Part shown: positions 62,624-64,000 of the stretch, in pieces | Numbering within the stretch: the first letter of the stretch is position 1 | How the letters are laid out: each line of letters opens with the position of its first letter | Assembly: GCA_963740805.1 (NCBI GenBank) | Contig: CAVUFL010000004.1 | Span: forward strand, 106,966 to 170,965 | Source: an uncultured Alphaproteobacteria bacterium | GTDB lineage: Bacteria; Pseudomonadota; Alphaproteobacteria; Rhizobiales; Methyloligellaceae | Reading direction: 5' to 3' | Length of the DNA stretch: 64,000 bases | The notes under the pieces: model-generated | What the model was told of the DNA's origin: nothing | Databases searched by the model: none | Seen by the model: the letters and a program-made list of their open reading frames with translations, nothing else | Made by a program: the position numbers and the translations under genes

Positions 62624-64000
62624 ATGACCACATTGCGAGAATGCGCCGATACGGCTGCGGCCGCACTGGCCGAGAAGCTGCGGGCTGTCAAGGGCAAACT
62701 CGATGCCAAGGCGATCGCCGACGTCATCGAGACGGTGCTCAACGAGGCGACCAGCGAACGTGAGGAAGGCGAGCGACGGCGTCTGGTCGATCTCCAGGCA
62801 TCGATGCAGGAACGGCTCACCAAGCTGCTCGATGCCTCGCCCGCCGTGATCTACAGCTTCAAGGCTAGGGACGACTTCGCGCCGATCTTCGTGAGCGGCA
62901 ATATCGAGCGGCTTCTCGGCTATAGCCCTGATGAATATCTGAAGAACGCGGACTTCTGGCGTGAGCGGGTGCACCCCGACGATCTCGCCGCCATCGAAGC
63001 CGAGCAAGCCAAGCTCTTCGAAAACGGCCAGCACACCACAGAATACCGTTTCCGGCAGAAGGACGGCGCCTACCGCTGGGTCAGCGACGAGCAGCATGTG
63101 ATCCGCGACGAGAAGGGAGATCCGCTCGAGATCGTGGGCTCTTGGAGCGACATCACCGCGCGGAAGAAGGCCGAGGAAGCGGAGGATGCCTTGCAGGCCC
63201 GGCTTGCACTGCTCCTCGAAAGCGCGCCTGCGGTCATCTACAGCTTCAAGGCAAGCGGCGACTATGCACCGACCTTCGTCAGCGAGAACATCAAGCGTCT
63301 GCTCGGCTACTGCCCCGACAAATATCTCAAGAACGCCGACTTCTGGCGCGCGCGCGTCCATCCTGACGATCTTCGGCAGGTGGAAGCCGAGCAGGTCAAG
63401 GTGTTCGAGAAGGATCGCCATTCGGCCGAATATCGCTTCCGCAATATCGACGGGACGTACCGCTGGCTCAGCGACGAGCAGCATCTGATCCGCGACGCGA
63501 AGGGAGAGCCGCTCGAGATCGTAGGCTCGTGGAGCGACATCACCCAGCGCAAGGCGGCGGAGCAGGCCGAGGATGCCCTGAAGGCGCGTATCGCGCTTCT
63601 GCTCGAAAGCGCGCCGGCCGTTGTCTACAGCTTCGCCGCGACCGGCGACTTTGCCCCCACCTTTATCAGCGAAAACGTCAAGCGGGTTCTGGGCTATTGC
63701 CCCGACGAGTATCTGAAGAATGCCGACTTCTGGCGCGCCCGCGTCCATCCTGAGGACCTAGCCGCCGTTGAGGCCGAGCAGGCCAAGCTGTTCGAGCATG
63801 GCAGCCACATCGCCGAATACCGCTTCCGCAAGAAGGACGGCACCTATTGCTGGGTGAGCGATGAGCAGCATCTGATCCGCGACCATCACGGCCAGCCGAA
63901 GGAGGTGGTCGGTTCCTGGAGCGAAGTCACCGCGCGCAAGACCGCCGAGCAGGCCGCCCTGCAAGCGAGCGAGCAGCGCCTGACCGACGCCGTCGAATCC
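62624..64000 (+). CDS. multi-PAS sensor protein (3'-truncated by window edge; absent from the ORF track)
   Basis: Open frame MTTLRECAD... with three PAS-PAC units (PAVIYSF...FVS.NI.RLLGY...FWR.RVHPDD...EYRFR..DG.Y.W.SD...GSWSDIT.RK). Confidence 0.9.
   Translation, partial: MTTLRECADTAAAALAEKLRAVKGKLDAKAIADVIETVLNEATSEREEGERRRLVDLQASMQERLTKLLDASPAVIYSFKARDDFAPIFVSGNIERLLGYSPDEYLKNADFWRERVHPDDLAAIEAEQAKLFENGQHTTEYRFRQKDGAYRWVSDEQHVIRDEKGDPLEIVGSWSDITARKKAEEAEDALQARLALLLESAPAVIYSFKASGDYAPTFVSENIKRLLGYCPDKYLKNADFWRARVHPDDLRQVEAEQVKVFEKDRHSAEYRFRNIDGTYRWLSDEQHLIRDAKGEPLEIVGSWSDITQRKAAEQAEDALKARIALLLESAPAVVYSFAATGDFAPTFISENVKRVLGYCPDEYLKNADFWRARVHPEDLAAVEAEQAKLFEHGSHIAEYRFRKKDGTYCWVSDEQHLIRDHHGQPKEVVGSWSEVTARKTAEQAALQASEQRLTDAVES
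62813..63973 (+). repeat. three tandem 387-bp intragenic PAS-PAC repeats
   Basis: Units start at 62813, 63200 and 63587 with extensive nucleotide identity (e.g. AAGAACGCCGACTTCTGGCGCGC, GCGACGAGCAGCAT). Confidence 0.9.

Noticed and set aside
62507-63748. 413-aa minus-strand repetitive ORF
   Set aside because: Shadow of the plus-strand PAS-repeat gene, which the ORF track omits because it lacks a stop in the window.

Overview
GC-rich alphaproteobacterial (Hyphomicrobiales; Methyloceanibacter-like by gene style, inference) chromosomal window. About 1-23.8 kb is mostly core genome: folA-hflK-hflC-DUF2065-degQ-miaA, tandem kup genes, ilvI-yqhA-ilvH-ilvC, several small enzyme and secreted-protein genes, leuA with a Leu-rich leader peptide, a DUF6600 protein and tRNA-Lys(CTT). 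Inside this part (18.2-19.7 kb) is an unexplained patch with three pieces: a 38-aa secreted four-Cys peptide, a membrane-anchored protein whose motif spacing matches bacterial gasdermins, and a ~470-bp self-closing, highly structured non-coding element. Downstream of the tRNA is an accessory region. It holds (i) a condensation-free NRPS-like trio (carrier protein-Cys thioesterase, LeuB-like dehydrogenase, ALDH-adenylation fusion) beside a GT-C glycosyltransferase, (ii) a patch of tiny secreted-protein genes and a candidate sRNA, and (iii) a ~25-kb surface-glycan locus with neuB-neuC-neuA, seven sulfotransferase-like genes, three candidate nonulosonate transferases, a deacetylase, a 2OG-Fe(II) dioxygenase, an IS5 remnant and GT4 genes. 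The window ends in a triple-PAS sensor gene. At least ten small frameshifts, including in housekeeping genes, suggest long-read assembly errors rather than true pseudogenes. All assignments come from motif reading only; no database searches were run.
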